A DNA stretch of 36,815 nt from a virus. Positions within the stretch are counted from its first letter, which is position 1, and every line of letters begins with the position of its first letter. Where the stretch lies: IMG/VR virus record IMGVR_UViG_3300044998_000754; one strand, written 5' to 3'. A program made the position numbers and the translations under genes. Below the pieces are notes generated by a model that had not been told where the DNA came from, did not search any database, and saw nothing but the letters and a program-made list of their open reading frames with translations. Below, piece by piece: positions 9,010 to 17,521 of the stretch.

Positions 9010-9977
9010 TGGCATCCATCCTTGACAACGCGATCCTCGTCGGCAAGGAGACGACCTACGGCACCGCCGCATCGCTCACCCGAGCCTACGAGGGCAAGGC
9101 CGACACCTGGAAGCGGCAACAGGAGTTCCTCTCCTCGGTCGGCTTCCGTGGAGGCATGCATACCCAGCTCTCGACCCGGTCCGTCCCCGTCAACATGGGC
9201 GGGGAGGGTACCCTGGAGGTCGACGTCAACCGGACCGGCTTCGGGCTCCTGTTCCAGTCGCTCCTCGGCGGCGTGACCGGCCCGACGGTCGTGACCGGCA
9301 CGGCCTACAAGTCCACCTTCACCTCGACCGCCGCCGGCCCGAACGACTCGTGGACTGTGCAGGTCCAGCGCGTCGATGCCACCGGCACCGTTCGCAACTT
9401 CACTCACGTCGGCTCGGTCATCACCGGTTGGAGCCTCGCCCAGGAGGTCGGCGGCCTCCTGTCCGCCACGCTCAACTTCGACTTCGCAGACGTCGTCACG
9501 AACGTCTCCGGCGGAACGCCGACCTATGTGAACTCACTCCCCTACTCCTGGGTCCAGTCCTCGGCCACCTGGAACGGGGACCCGATCCACCTGACCTCCT
9601 GGAACCTGGAGGCTGACCTCGGGCTCAAGACGGACCGACGCTTCCTCCGGGGGAGCGCCGTCAAGAAGCGCCCGGTCCGAGCCTCGGTCCCGACCTTCGA
9701 GGGGACGTGCGAGATGGAGTTCGACTCGATGGCGCAGTACGACGCCTTCGTCGCCGGCACCATCGCCCCGCTCATCCTCACCTGGACCGGCCCCATCATC
9801 ACCGGCTCCACGCCCTTCGAGCTGAAGGTCACCATGCCCGCCGTGCAGTTCCAGGGCGACAGTCCCGAGGTCTCTCTGGACGAGATGCCCAAGCAGACGC
9901 TCCCCTACAAGGTCCTCTACAACGGCACCGACCCGGCGGTCACCATCGAGTACCAGAGCACCGACACCGCTCTGTGA
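9009..9977 (+). CDS. Putative major tail (tube) protein
   Basis: 322 aa. N-terminal ...GKETTYGT... resembles tail-tube families. Abundant-protein-type composition, and it lies upstream of the chaperones and tape measure. Confidence 0.55.
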   Translation: MASILDNAILVGKETTYGTAASLTRAYEGKADTWKRQQEFLSSVGFRGGMHTQLSTRSVPVNMGGEGTLEVDVNRTGFGLLFQSLLGGVTGPTVVTGTAYKSTFTSTAAGPNDSWTVQVQRVDATGTVRNFTHVGSVITGWSLAQEVGGLLSATLNFDFADVVTNVSGGTPTYVNSLPYSWVQSSATWNGDPIHLTSWNLEADLGLKTDRRFLRGSAVKKRPVRASVPTFEGTCEMEFDSMAQYDAFVAGTIAPLILTWTGPIITGSTPFELKVTMPAVQFQGDSPEVSLDEMPKQTLPYKVLYNGTDPAVTIEYQSTDTAL

Positions 9978-9991
9978 CGAGGAGGCTCCTC

Positions 9992-10396
9992 ATGCCACAA
10001 CCGACCGTGCAGGTCAGAGGAGCCCGTGAGCTTCGGCGCGCCATCCGCCAGGCCCAGGACAAGGACCTCAAGAAGGAACTGTCACGGGCACACAAGAGCG
10101 CCGCCGACATCGTGGCGAACGAGGCCAAGAGGATCGTCCCGCGAAGGTCCGGTCGTCTCCAAGGCTCGATCCGGCCCGGCGGGACCCAGACCTCTGGTGT
10201 CGTCCGGGCCGGCAAGGCCGCCGTCCCCTACGCCGGCGTCATCCACTTCGGCTGGCCCCGCCGCAACATCCGACCCAACACCTTCCTCTACGACGCCGCC
10301 GACGCTCGTGTTGACGAGGTCGTCGCCCAGTACGAGGAAGCCATCCGGGCCATCGGTGACCGGATCGCATCTTCCACACCAGGAGGCACACCGTGA
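9992..10396 (+). CDS. HK97 gp10-like head-tail joining / tail-completion protein
   Basis: 134 aa. ...RELRRAI...IVPRRSGRLQGSIR...VPYAGVIHFGWPRRNI... is the typical gp10-family pattern. RBS gaggagg. Confidence 0.6.
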   Translation: MPQPTVQVRGARELRRAIRQAQDKDLKKELSRAHKSAADIVANEAKRIVPRRSGRLQGSIRPGGTQTSGVVRAGKAAVPYAGVIHFGWPRRNIRPNTFLYDAADARVDEVVAQYEEAIRAIGDRIASSTPGGTP

Positions 10397-10614
10397 GCAT
10401 GAACTTCGATCCTGAGGACCTGACCTTGGACGAGGTCGAGGAAGTGGAGGAGTTCCTCGGGGCCTCGATCGACTCCGTCCTGACCGGCGACCGCCCGAAG
10501 GGCAGGGCGCTCAAGGCCATCGTCTGGGTCGCTGCCAAGCGGACGAACCCGGACATCACACTGGAGGAGGTCGGCAAGCTCAAGCTCTCGGAGCTGAACC
10601 TGGGGGAAGGGTAA
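10393..10614 (+). CDS. Tail assembly chaperone (gpG-like)
   Basis: 73 aa, acidic, immediately upstream of the tape measure gene. It ends just after a G5AA run. Confidence 0.65.
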   Translation: MSMNFDPEDLTLDEVEEVEEFLGASIDSVLTGDRPKGRALKAIVWVAAKRTNPDITLEEVGKLKLSELNLGEG

Positions 10615-10790
10615 GGACCTCCGACGATGCCGTCCGGATCAAGGCGCTCGTCTGCCGGCGCTTCGGCATCCCCTGGGGGGAGTACGGACGCTTGACCGTC
10701 CGTGAGCACCGGGTCCTACTCGACCTCCTCGCCCAGGAGGTGCAGGCCGCCAAGCATCCCCAACGCTCCGGCATGGAGCGAGTCGTCTGA
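10393..10790 (+). CDS. Tail assembly chaperone -1 frameshift product (gpGT-like)
   Basis: The -1 frame is open from before the G-run (10602..10606) to TGA 10788..10790, and encodes ...DDAVRIKALVCRRFGIPWGEYGRLTVREHRVLLDLLAQE.... This is the canonical G/GT arrangement upstream of the tape measure. Confidence 0.6.
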
Positions 10791-10801
10791 GAGGTCCAAC
10801 C

Positions 10802-12907
10802 ATGTCCGGGAAGTCTGCTTCCATCCTCGTCCGCATCCTCGGTGACGAGTCCAACCTGAACCGCTCTCTTGGCTCGGCCGAGTCCCGCCTGTCCTCGTTC
10901 TCCAACCGCATGAAGGCGGTCGGTGACAAGATGCGGAACGTCGGCAAGACGATGACGATGGGTCTCACGCTTCCGATCGTCGGAGCCCTCGGGCTCGGCG
11001 TGAAGTGGGCCGGCGAACTGGAGGACGCTCAGGCCGCATCGGTCGAAGTGTTCGGCAAGATGTCCAAGTCCATGGACCGCTGGGCCGACAACGCCGCCAA
11101 GAACTTCGGCATGGCGAAGGGGGACGCCCTGGAGTGGGCCAACCAGGTCGGCATCCGCCTCCGGGGCATCTCCAAGATGACCGAGAACGAGGCCGCCGGC
11201 TGGAGCCAGAACCTCGTCCAGCTTGCCGGCGACATGGCTTCCTTCTTCGGAGGCTCCGTCGAGGAGGCCGCCACGGCCATCAACTCGGCGCTGACCGGTG
11301 AGTTCGAGCCGATCAAGCGGTACGGCGTCATCATCAACGACGCCGCCCTCAAGGCCAAGCTGTTCGCCCTGACCGGCGAGGACGTCAAGGGAACCCTGAC
11401 AGCTCAGCAGAAGCAGCAAGCCACACTCGCCCTGCTCATGGAGCAGACATCGCTCGTCCAGGGGGACTACGCCCGCAACGCCGACGGTGCTACCAACGCT
11501 CAGCGAACGATGACGGCATCCCTCAAGGACGCCGCTACCACGCTCGGTTCGATCCTGCTTCCCTACGTCACCAAGGGAGTTCAGTTCGTCACCAAGCTCG
11601 TCAAGAGCTTCCAGAACATGAGCCCGACCCTCCAGAAGGTCGTCGTCATCGGAGCCCTGGTGGCGGCTGCGCTCGGACCGCTCATCTACATCCTCGGAAT
11701 GGTCGCCACGGCCATCGGCTTCATCGCCACACCTGTTGGTCTGGTCGTCGCCGCCATCGCCGGCCTGGTCGCCGCCTTCGTCTACTTCTACAAGACGAAC
11801 GAGAGTTTCAGGTCCTGGGTCCAGGACGTTGTCGCCGTCGTCCGGAAGAAGCTGGCCGCCGCCTTCGACTTCGTCCGCAACACGGTCATCCCGGCGCTCG
11901 GCAACGCCTTCACCTGGATCAAGGACGAGGTCATCCCGAAGGTCGTCTCGGCCTTCGAGACGATCGTGTCCAAGGTCCAGTCCGTGGCTTCCACGATCCG
12001 GTCCGTCTGGGACACCGTATGGAACGTCGTCTCGTCCTTCATCGGTTGGCTCAGCGAGCACGTCGGGCCGGTGTTCTCCGACCTGGTTGGGCTCATCTCG
12101 GCCGCGATGTCGAAGCTCGTTCCGATCGTGCGAGTCGGCTGGACGATCATCACGACGGTCATCCGGGCGGCCATCGGCTTCATCACCTCGCTCATCCGCT
12201 CGGCCGTCGGCGTCATCGCCCCGATCTGGTCGGCGCTCTGGAACATCATCCGGAGTGTTGCCGCCGCCGTCTGGGGAGCGATCCGCGGCATCATCGAGGG
12301 AGCCCTTCGCATCATCTCCGGCGTCATCCGGGTCGTCACCGGGGCCATCCGTGGTGATTGGTCCAAGGCCTGGGACGGCGTCAAGCGGATCGTCTCCGGA
12401 GCCTGGGATGTCATCAAGTCCATCGTCCGTGGCGGCGTAGACACCCTCGCCAGTCTGTTCCGAGGCATCCCTGGCCTCCTCTCCGGAGCCCTCAAGGGTC
12501 TCGCCAGACTGGTCTCTGCTCCGTTCCGAGCGATGGGGGACGCGATCCGAAGTGCATGGAACAACACCATCGGCGGCAAGGGCTTCTCGATCCCGGACAT
12601 CCCCGGCATCCCCGGACGTGGAACCAGGGTCGAGATTCCACGCCTCCACTCCGGTGGCATCTTCCGCCCAGGGATGGGAGCCCGTGAGGGTCTCGCACTC
12701 CTGGAGCGGGGAGAGACCGTCCTCACCGCCGCCCAGGCCGCAGCGGTCCGCAACGGACTCACCTCGGCCGGAGCTCCGACGGAGGTTCACGTTCACTTCC
12801 ACGGCCCGGTCGCCCGTGACTCGGAGCGATGGATCGTGGAGACCATTGAGCGAGCCGTCGCCAACGGACACCAAGTCCCCCGTCTCAAGAAGGTCGTGAG
12901 TGCATGA
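10802..12907 (+). CDS. Tail tape measure protein
   Basis: 701 aa. N-terminal TP901-type tape-measure core (AAKNFGMAKGDALEWANQVG...), long hydrophobic/glycine-rich central repeats, and the expected position. Confidence 0.9.
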   Translation: MSGKSASILVRILGDESNLNRSLGSAESRLSSFSNRMKAVGDKMRNVGKTMTMGLTLPIVGALGLGVKWAGELEDAQAASVEVFGKMSKSMDRWADNAAKNFGMAKGDALEWANQVGIRLRGISKMTENEAAGWSQNLVQLAGDMASFFGGSVEEAATAINSALTGEFEPIKRYGVIINDAALKAKLFALTGEDVKGTLTAQQKQQATLALLMEQTSLVQGDYARNADGATNAQRTMTASLKDAATTLGSILLPYVTKGVQFVTKLVKSFQNMSPTLQKVVVIGALVAAALGPLIYILGMVATAIGFIATPVGLVVAAIAGLVAAFVYFYKTNESFRSWVQDVVAVVRKKLAAAFDFVRNTVIPALGNAFTWIKDEVIPKVVSAFETIVSKVQSVASTIRSVWDTVWNVVSSFIGWLSEHVGPVFSDLVGLISAAMSKLVPIVRVGWTIITTVIRAAIGFITSLIRSAVGVIAPIWSALWNIIRSVAAAVWGAIRGIIEGALRIISGVIRVVTGAIRGDWSKAWDGVKRIVSGAWDVIKSIVRGGVDTLASLFRGIPGLLSGALKGLARLVSAPFRAMGDAIRSAWNNTIGGKGFSIPDIPGIPGRGTRVEIPRLHSGGIFRPGMGAREGLALLERGETVLTAAQAAAVRNGLTSAGAPTEVHVHFHGPVARDSERWIVETIERAVANGHQVPRLKKVVSA

Positions 12908-14856
12908 TCGTCAATCCAGTCCCCATCCGAGTGGAGTTCGCTTTCGGCTTCGGTCCGGGCTCGACCCCCGGACCGGGGGACTGGATCGACGTCACCTCCG
13001 ACGTCCTGACGGAGTCCTCCAACGAGGCCGTCACCGCCGTCACCGGCCGGACCGGTCGAGGAACCGGCATCTCGCCCGGAACCCTCACACTCACGCTGGA
13101 GAACACTGACGGCCGGTACAACCCTCGGAACACCTCCGGGCCGTACTACGGCCTGCTCGACATCGGCACACAGGTTCGCATCGTCTCCACGGTCTCCTCG
13201 GTCGACCGGGTCCGTTGGCGAGGCTACGTCTCCTCCGGCTGGCCGCAGACCATCACCTCACGCTGGCCGACGGTCACGATCCAGGCCCACGACATCCTCG
13301 GGCTCCTGGCGCAGACAGAGACGCCCGAGACGGCCTTCCACGCCGTCGTGCAGGACCAGGACACGGCACCATCCCATTGGTGGGTTCCTGGCCCGTCCGG
13401 CTGGACCGATCGTGTCACCGGCCGCATCTCCAAGAACACGTCACAGCTCGTGGAGTTCACCGACGTCGAGGTCACCAACGGTGCTGGTACCTCGTGGGGA
13501 GCGCCGGACGCGGACGGCTTCGGCATCGTGGAGCATCCGTCCGACAAGCTCACCGTCACCGGGTCCTCCCTGACGGTGCTGGCCCGAGTGAAGCTCCCGA
13601 CGACAGCCACCAGGTCGGCGCTCACGGGAACAGTAGACACGATCGTCATTCTCAGCCAGCACGAGATGAATGAAGCGGCCTACCCTTTCATCCTGTACGT
13701 CTACGGGACCGAGTTGGTGTGCATGGCTTGTTCCAGCACGTTCGCTCGGTCCATGACCGTGCTGGATGACTCGGTCAGTCTGATGGACGACAACCCCCAC
13801 ACCGTCATGGTGCATGTTCCGGCCGACTCCGGAGCGATCATGGTCTGGATCGACGGACGGCGCATCACCAACGTCAACCAGGTCGTCGTACCGTTCTCCA
13901 ACCCCACCACGATCGGCCCGCTCTACATCGGTGATGGTGGCCCGTTCGTGTTCGCCGGTCGACCGTTCCAGGGCATCCTCGACCAGATCGTCACCTGGTC
14001 AGGTCTGGCGACGGACGAGGCCGCCCTGACGATGCTCGCAGCCGAGACGCACGAGGCCGCCCGGCACGGCTGGGCCGGCCTGTTCCTCCACGAGCGGATC
14101 GAACGTCTCGTGAACGCTATGGGGCTGGAGGCCGACCTCGGGACCCTCGATGAGAGTGGCATCCTGACGCTCCAGTCCTACCGCCAAGGCCAGGCCCTGG
14201 AGCTTCTCCAGAACATCGAGAACACCGAGCAGGGACGAATCTGGGTCGATCGCACCGGCAAGCTCCGGTTCTCCCGACGGACCTGGGCCTGGGACGACAC
14301 CCGCTCCACGACGGTGCAACTCACCTTCTCCGACGATCCGGCGCTCATCGCTGGCGGAGCCCAGGAGATGCTTGAGGAAGGCACGGTCGTCACGGACGAC
14401 CCGCTGGACATCGTGAACGTGGCGGCCGTCAACTCCACCTTCGGCCGCCAACAGACGGTCGAGGATACCGCCTCGATCGCCAAGTTCGGCCGGCGCGGCT
14501 CGATCCAACTCTCTAACCTCCTCCACCCGACGGACCGGCAATCACGGGCGATCGCTGAGTGGCTCGTCCGTTCACAGAGCGAGCCCAAGGTCCGGGTCGA
14601 GCGCATTCGCTTCCGGGTCGAGGACAACCCTGACGTGCTCGGCCCGTTCGCCGCCGAGGTCGAAGAAGGATGGCTCGTCCGGGTCCGCAAGCCGGACGCC
14701 GACCTGGACCTCTACGGTCACGTCATCGGCATCGAACACGTCTGGACCTGGACCGGTTGGACCGTCACGCTCACCCTCGACTCGACCCGCACCGGCTGGA
14801 GCTTCTTCCGATGGGGGACCTCCACCTGGGGAGGGGGAGACGAGTGGGCCTTCTGA
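12904..14856 (+). CDS. Distal tail / minor tail protein with an internal LamG-like (concanavalin-type) insertion
   Basis: 650 aa. The N-terminus is typical of siphovirus distal tail proteins (...TLTLENTDGRYNPRN...). The central ...FAGRPFQGILDQIVTWSGLATDEAAL... is LamG-like. ATGA overlap with the tape measure. Confidence 0.6.
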   Translation: MIVNPVPIRVEFAFGFGPGSTPGPGDWIDVTSDVLTESSNEAVTAVTGRTGRGTGISPGTLTLTLENTDGRYNPRNTSGPYYGLLDIGTQVRIVSTVSSVDRVRWRGYVSSGWPQTITSRWPTVTIQAHDILGLLAQTETPETAFHAVVQDQDTAPSHWWVPGPSGWTDRVTGRISKNTSQLVEFTDVEVTNGAGTSWGAPDADGFGIVEHPSDKLTVTGSSLTVLARVKLPTTATRSALTGTVDTIVILSQHEMNEAAYPFILYVYGTELVCMACSSTFARSMTVLDDSVSLMDDNPHTVMVHVPADSGAIMVWIDGRRITNVNQVVVPFSNPTTIGPLYIGDGGPFVFAGRPFQGILDQIVTWSGLATDEAALTMLAAETHEAARHGWAGLFLHERIERLVNAMGLEADLGTLDESGILTLQSYRQGQALELLQNIENTEQGRIWVDRTGKLRFSRRTWAWDDTRSTTVQLTFSDDPALIAGGAQEMLEEGTVVTDDPLDIVNVAAVNSTFGRQQTVEDTASIAKFGRRGSIQLSNLLHPTDRQSRAIAEWLVRSQSEPKVRVERIRFRVEDNPDVLGPFAAEVEEGWLVRVRKPDADLDLYGHVIGIEHVWTWTGWTVTLTLDSTRTGWSFFRWGTSTWGGGDEWAF

Positions 14857-14868
14857 GACTGGAGCACG

Positions 14869-15399
14869 ATGACCTCACCATACGTTGACCCCAACACGAT
14901 CCACGTTCCTGGCAGCAACTCCCCGCCGGCATCGTGGGGAGCAGCGGTCCGGGATGGGCTGGAGTTCCTGGTCCGGCCGGCTGGCTGCATCGTCCGCCGG
15001 TCCAGCACACAGTCCATCGCTCACTCAACGTGGACGGTCGTGGCCTGGAACGGAACCGACATCCGGGACACGGACAACTTCCACACCGGGACCTCCGATG
15101 AGATCGTGGTCCCCTCGGGCCTCGGAGGGCTCTACACCCTCAACGGCTCCATCCACTGGACCGGCAACACGACCGGCCTTCGTGGAGTTCGCTACACGAT
15201 CAACGGGACCGGTGACAACCGCCTCGCCAACATCTCATCGAACGGATCGAGCGGCATCCCGACCGTCGTGAGCTTCTCCGCCGACGTCCTCCTGACGGCC
15301 GGCGACGTCCTCCGCTTCGAGGTCATCCAGACCTCCGGGGCCGCCCTCACCATCACTGCCGACACGAGGGTCGGAGTCCGCCTCGTGGCCGTGACCTGA
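14869..15399 (+). CDS. Minor tail protein, possible jelly-roll receptor-binding protein
   Basis: 176 aa, beta-rich (…VPSGLGGLYTLNGSIHW…LTAGDVLRFEVIQTSG…), last gene before the lysis cassette. Function is inferred. Confidence 0.4.
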   Translation: MTSPYVDPNTIHVPGSNSPPASWGAAVRDGLEFLVRPAGCIVRRSSTQSIAHSTWTVVAWNGTDIRDTDNFHTGTSDEIVVPSGLGGLYTLNGSIHWTGNTTGLRGVRYTINGTGDNRLANISSNGSSGIPTVVSFSADVLLTAGDVLRFEVIQTSGAALTITADTRVGVRLVAVT

Positions 15400-15426
15400 C
15401 CGCTTGCACCGAAGGAGAGCCTTGTC

Positions 15427-16224
15427 ATGACAGTCCTGAATCGGTCCGAGTGGGGAGCCTCGATCCCGACCGGACCGCCGATGCGGACACCGATCCCGAC
15501 CATCTTCATTCACCACTCGGTCACCCGTCCGTCGACCAACCCCGCCCGTGACTTCCGGGACATCGAGGCTATCGGCCGAGCCAGGTTCGGGCGCTTCTCG
15601 TACTCCTGGGTCGTTCACCCGAACGGCACGGCCGGCGAGGGAGCCGGGCTCACCGTCGGCGCTCACACCGGAGGCCACAACTCCACATCTCTGGGTATCT
15701 GCTTCATCGGCAACTACGAGCAGGACCGTCCGACGGCCGCTTCCCTCAACACGGCCGCCGACATCATCCGCTACCTCCAGGTCGCCGGCATCGTTCCCCG
15801 TGAGGTCGTCATCCGACCGCACCGTGACGTCAAGTCCACAGCGTGCCCAGGTCGTCACCTGGTAGCGGCCCTCCCGACACTCCGGGACCTGGTCGCTCGC
15901 CCGCTTCCTGGGCCGACGCCGGCCCCTCGACCGACCCCGCCGCCGGGCACCGATCTGACACGCATCAGTCAGGCCCTGGACGAGGCCTCCAAGCAGACGC
16001 TCCGGGTCGGGTCCCGTGGCGACGCCGTGAAGTGGGCGCAGGCCCTCGTGAACCAGAAGGTTCCATCGGCCAAGCTCGCCGTCGATGGTGTCTACGGCCC
16101 GAGCACGGCCGCCGCCGTCCGGCAGTTCCAGGAGAACGTACAGAGGTTCTTCCGGCTCTCCCCAAAGCAGTTCCCCGCAGACGGTGTGGTCGGGCCGTCG
16201 ACCTGGAAGATGCTAAGGGGATGA
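15427..16224 (+). CDS. Endolysin: N-acetylmuramoyl-L-alanine amidase (Amidase_2/PGRP) with a C-terminal PG_binding_1 domain
   Basis: IFIHHSVT, GAHTGGHNSTSLGICFIGNY and HRDVKSTACPG (zinc amidase motifs). The C-terminal GSRGDAVKWAQALV...VDGVYGPSTAAAVRQFQ...DGVVGPSTWKML is a peptidoglycan-binding repeat. Confidence 0.9.
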   Translation: MTVLNRSEWGASIPTGPPMRTPIPTIFIHHSVTRPSTNPARDFRDIEAIGRARFGRFSYSWVVHPNGTAGEGAGLTVGAHTGGHNSTSLGICFIGNYEQDRPTAASLNTAADIIRYLQVAGIVPREVVIRPHRDVKSTACPGRHLVAALPTLRDLVARPLPGPTPAPRPTPPPGTDLTRISQALDEASKQTLRVGSRGDAVKWAQALVNQKVPSAKLAVDGVYGPSTAAAVRQFQENVQRFFRLSPKQFPADGVVGPSTWKMLRG

Positions 16225-16228
16225 GCCG

Positions 16229-16537
16229 ATGCAAGCCGCTATCCCGACGATCATCGTTGACATCGGCTCGCTCCTCGTGTTCTTCGGTGTGGTCGTTGCC
16301 ACATCTTCGCTCCCACCGGTCCGGTGGCTCTGGCGGACCCTCGTGGCTGACCCGATCGGACGCTGGCTCGACCGCCGACACGAGGAGTCGCTCGGCCCGC
16401 TCGTCCTCTCCTTCGAGGAGCACACCGAGTACGTCCGCTACCACCTCGGCCCGAACGGGACGACCCGACCGATCCACGAACGCATCCGCCGCCTGGAGGA
16501 GGTGAGCGGCGTCCCTCGTCAGGAGGACGAGGACTGA
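16229..16537 (+). CDS. Holin-like membrane protein (single N-terminal TM segment)
   Basis: 102 aa. IPTIIVDIGSLLVFFGVVVATSSL is a TM segment, followed by a charged tail. Directly downstream of the endolysin. Confidence 0.5.
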   Translation: MQAAIPTIIVDIGSLLVFFGVVVATSSLPPVRWLWRTLVADPIGRWLDRRHEESLGPLVLSFEEHTEYVRYHLGPNGTTRPIHERIRRLEEVSGVPRQEDED

Positions 16538-16578
16538 CCCCTGTCCCCACGACCACGACGCTGGCCTATGAGTCCGGC

Positions 16579-16923
16579 ATGGAGCACCGCATCACCGACC
16601 CCATGACCGGCGGACAGAAGGGACAGAAGCCCGAGCAGATGTCCCTCCTCCCGATCGAGGCCCTCCAGGCCGTCGCCCGTGTCTACGCCTTCGGAGCGGA
16701 GAAGTACGACCGCCACAACTGGCGGAAGGGCTACGCCTGGCACCTGAGCTACGATGCCGTGCAACGACACCTCATGGCGTTCTGGGCCGGCGAGGACCTC
16801 GATCCGGAGTCCGGCGAGCCCCACCTGGCACACGTCGTGTTCCACGCCCTGACGCTCATCACCTTCATGGCCGAGCACCGGGACGGGGACGATCGCTTCC
16901 GACCAACACGAGAGAAGGACTGA
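16579..16923 (+). CDS. DUF5664 / dATP-dGTP diphosphohydrolase N-terminal-like (MazG-like all-alpha NTP pyrophosphatase) protein
   Basis: 114 aa. The pattern ...FGAEKYDRHNWRKGYAW...DAVQRHLMAFWAGEDLDPESGEPHLAHVVFHALTLI... matches my memory of that family's signature. Confidence 0.55.
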   Translation: MEHRITDPMTGGQKGQKPEQMSLLPIEALQAVARVYAFGAEKYDRHNWRKGYAWHLSYDAVQRHLMAFWAGEDLDPESGEPHLAHVVFHALTLITFMAEHRDGDDRFRPTREKD

Positions 16924-16926
16924 CCG

Positions 16927-17175
16927 ATGAGACGCCTCATCCGTACAGAGCCCGTCCGGCTCTACAGCATCGCCGTCGCCATCGCCGCCGTCGTGGCGCA
17001 CTACGCTCCCGAGGTCCCGACGGCGCTGTACCTCGGCGTCGTCGCCGCCGTGCTCGGGCTCGGGGAGACGGTGCGTAGCTCCGTGACGCCCAACCAACGC
17101 GTCATCGTCCACGCCGACGAGGTCCCCGACGGTGGGGACGTCGTGGTCTACAGCCGTGAGGCCGTCGAAGGCTGA
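16927..17175 (+). CDS. Small membrane protein (two TM segments), possible second holin
   Basis: 82 aa. ...VRLYSIAVAIAAVVAHYAPEVPTALYLGVVAAVLGLG.... Last gene before the late/early boundary terminator. Confidence 0.45.
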   Translation: MRRLIRTEPVRLYSIAVAIAAVVAHYAPEVPTALYLGVVAAVLGLGETVRSSVTPNQRVIVHADEVPDGGDVVVYSREAVEG

Positions 17176-17205
17176 CCGCCAGACAACCGATCCACCGCAT
17201 GAAGC

Positions 17206-17231
17206 GCCCTCCGGCCCAACGGCTGGAGGGC
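17206..17231 (+). terminator. Hairpin terminator at the end of the structural/lysis operon
   Basis: GCCCTCCGGCC-caac-GGCTGGAGGGC (11-bp stem with one mismatch) followed by the T-rich cttccttgcgttct. Confidence 0.65.
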
Positions 17232-17246
17232 CTTCCTTGCGTTCTG

Positions 17247-17266
17247 GTCCGAGAAATTTCACGGAC
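17247..17266. promoter_or_regulatory. Operator-like palindrome, copy B (GTCCGAGAAATTTCACGGAC)
   Basis: Matches 16/16 fixed positions. Ends 4 nt upstream of the -35 box of the early promoter. Confidence 0.65.
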
Positions 17267-17270
17267 AGGG

Positions 17271-17299
17271 TTGACAGAGGCGCGTGAAGCCTGTATCGT
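17271..17299 (+). promoter_or_regulatory. Early promoter: -35 TTGACA, 17-nt spacer, -10 TATCGT; drives a leaderless transcript
   Basis: TTGACA at 17271..17276 and TATCGT at 17294..17299. The ATG of the first early gene starts 7 nt after the -10 box (17307) and has no RBS. Confidence 0.7.
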
Positions 17300-17306
17300 T
17301 AGAGAC

Positions 17307-17504
17307 ATGGAAACGCAGCGCCTCACCAACTGCTACCTCATCACCGGCTTTCACGTCTTCGGCCGCCGGGTCACCGCCGTCCTCGGGGAGGGGGTCTGGG
17401 GCCGACCGGAGGACGCCCTGGCAGCCGCACGGTCCGGCAACTTCCCCGGCATCGCCATCAAGGATGTCCGGACCGGCGAGGTCTACATGGTCCCGACCCA
17501 CTGA
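17307..17504 (+). CDS. Hypothetical early protein (65 aa), probably leaderless
   Basis: METQRLTNCYLITGFHVFGRR.... The internal ATG of listed ORF 17199..17504 was chosen because the upstream part covers the terminator and promoter. Confidence 0.6.
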   Translation: METQRLTNCYLITGFHVFGRRVTAVLGEGVWGRPEDALAAARSGNFPGIAIKDVRTGEVYMVPTH

Positions 17505-17521
17505 GAGAGGGAGACACACCG

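Noticed and set aside
9009-10396. Unusual order of the major tail protein before the gp10-like protein, as evidence of a rearrangement
   Set aside because: The major-tail call itself is only moderately confident without a homology search, so the apparent order anomaly may be a mis-assignment.
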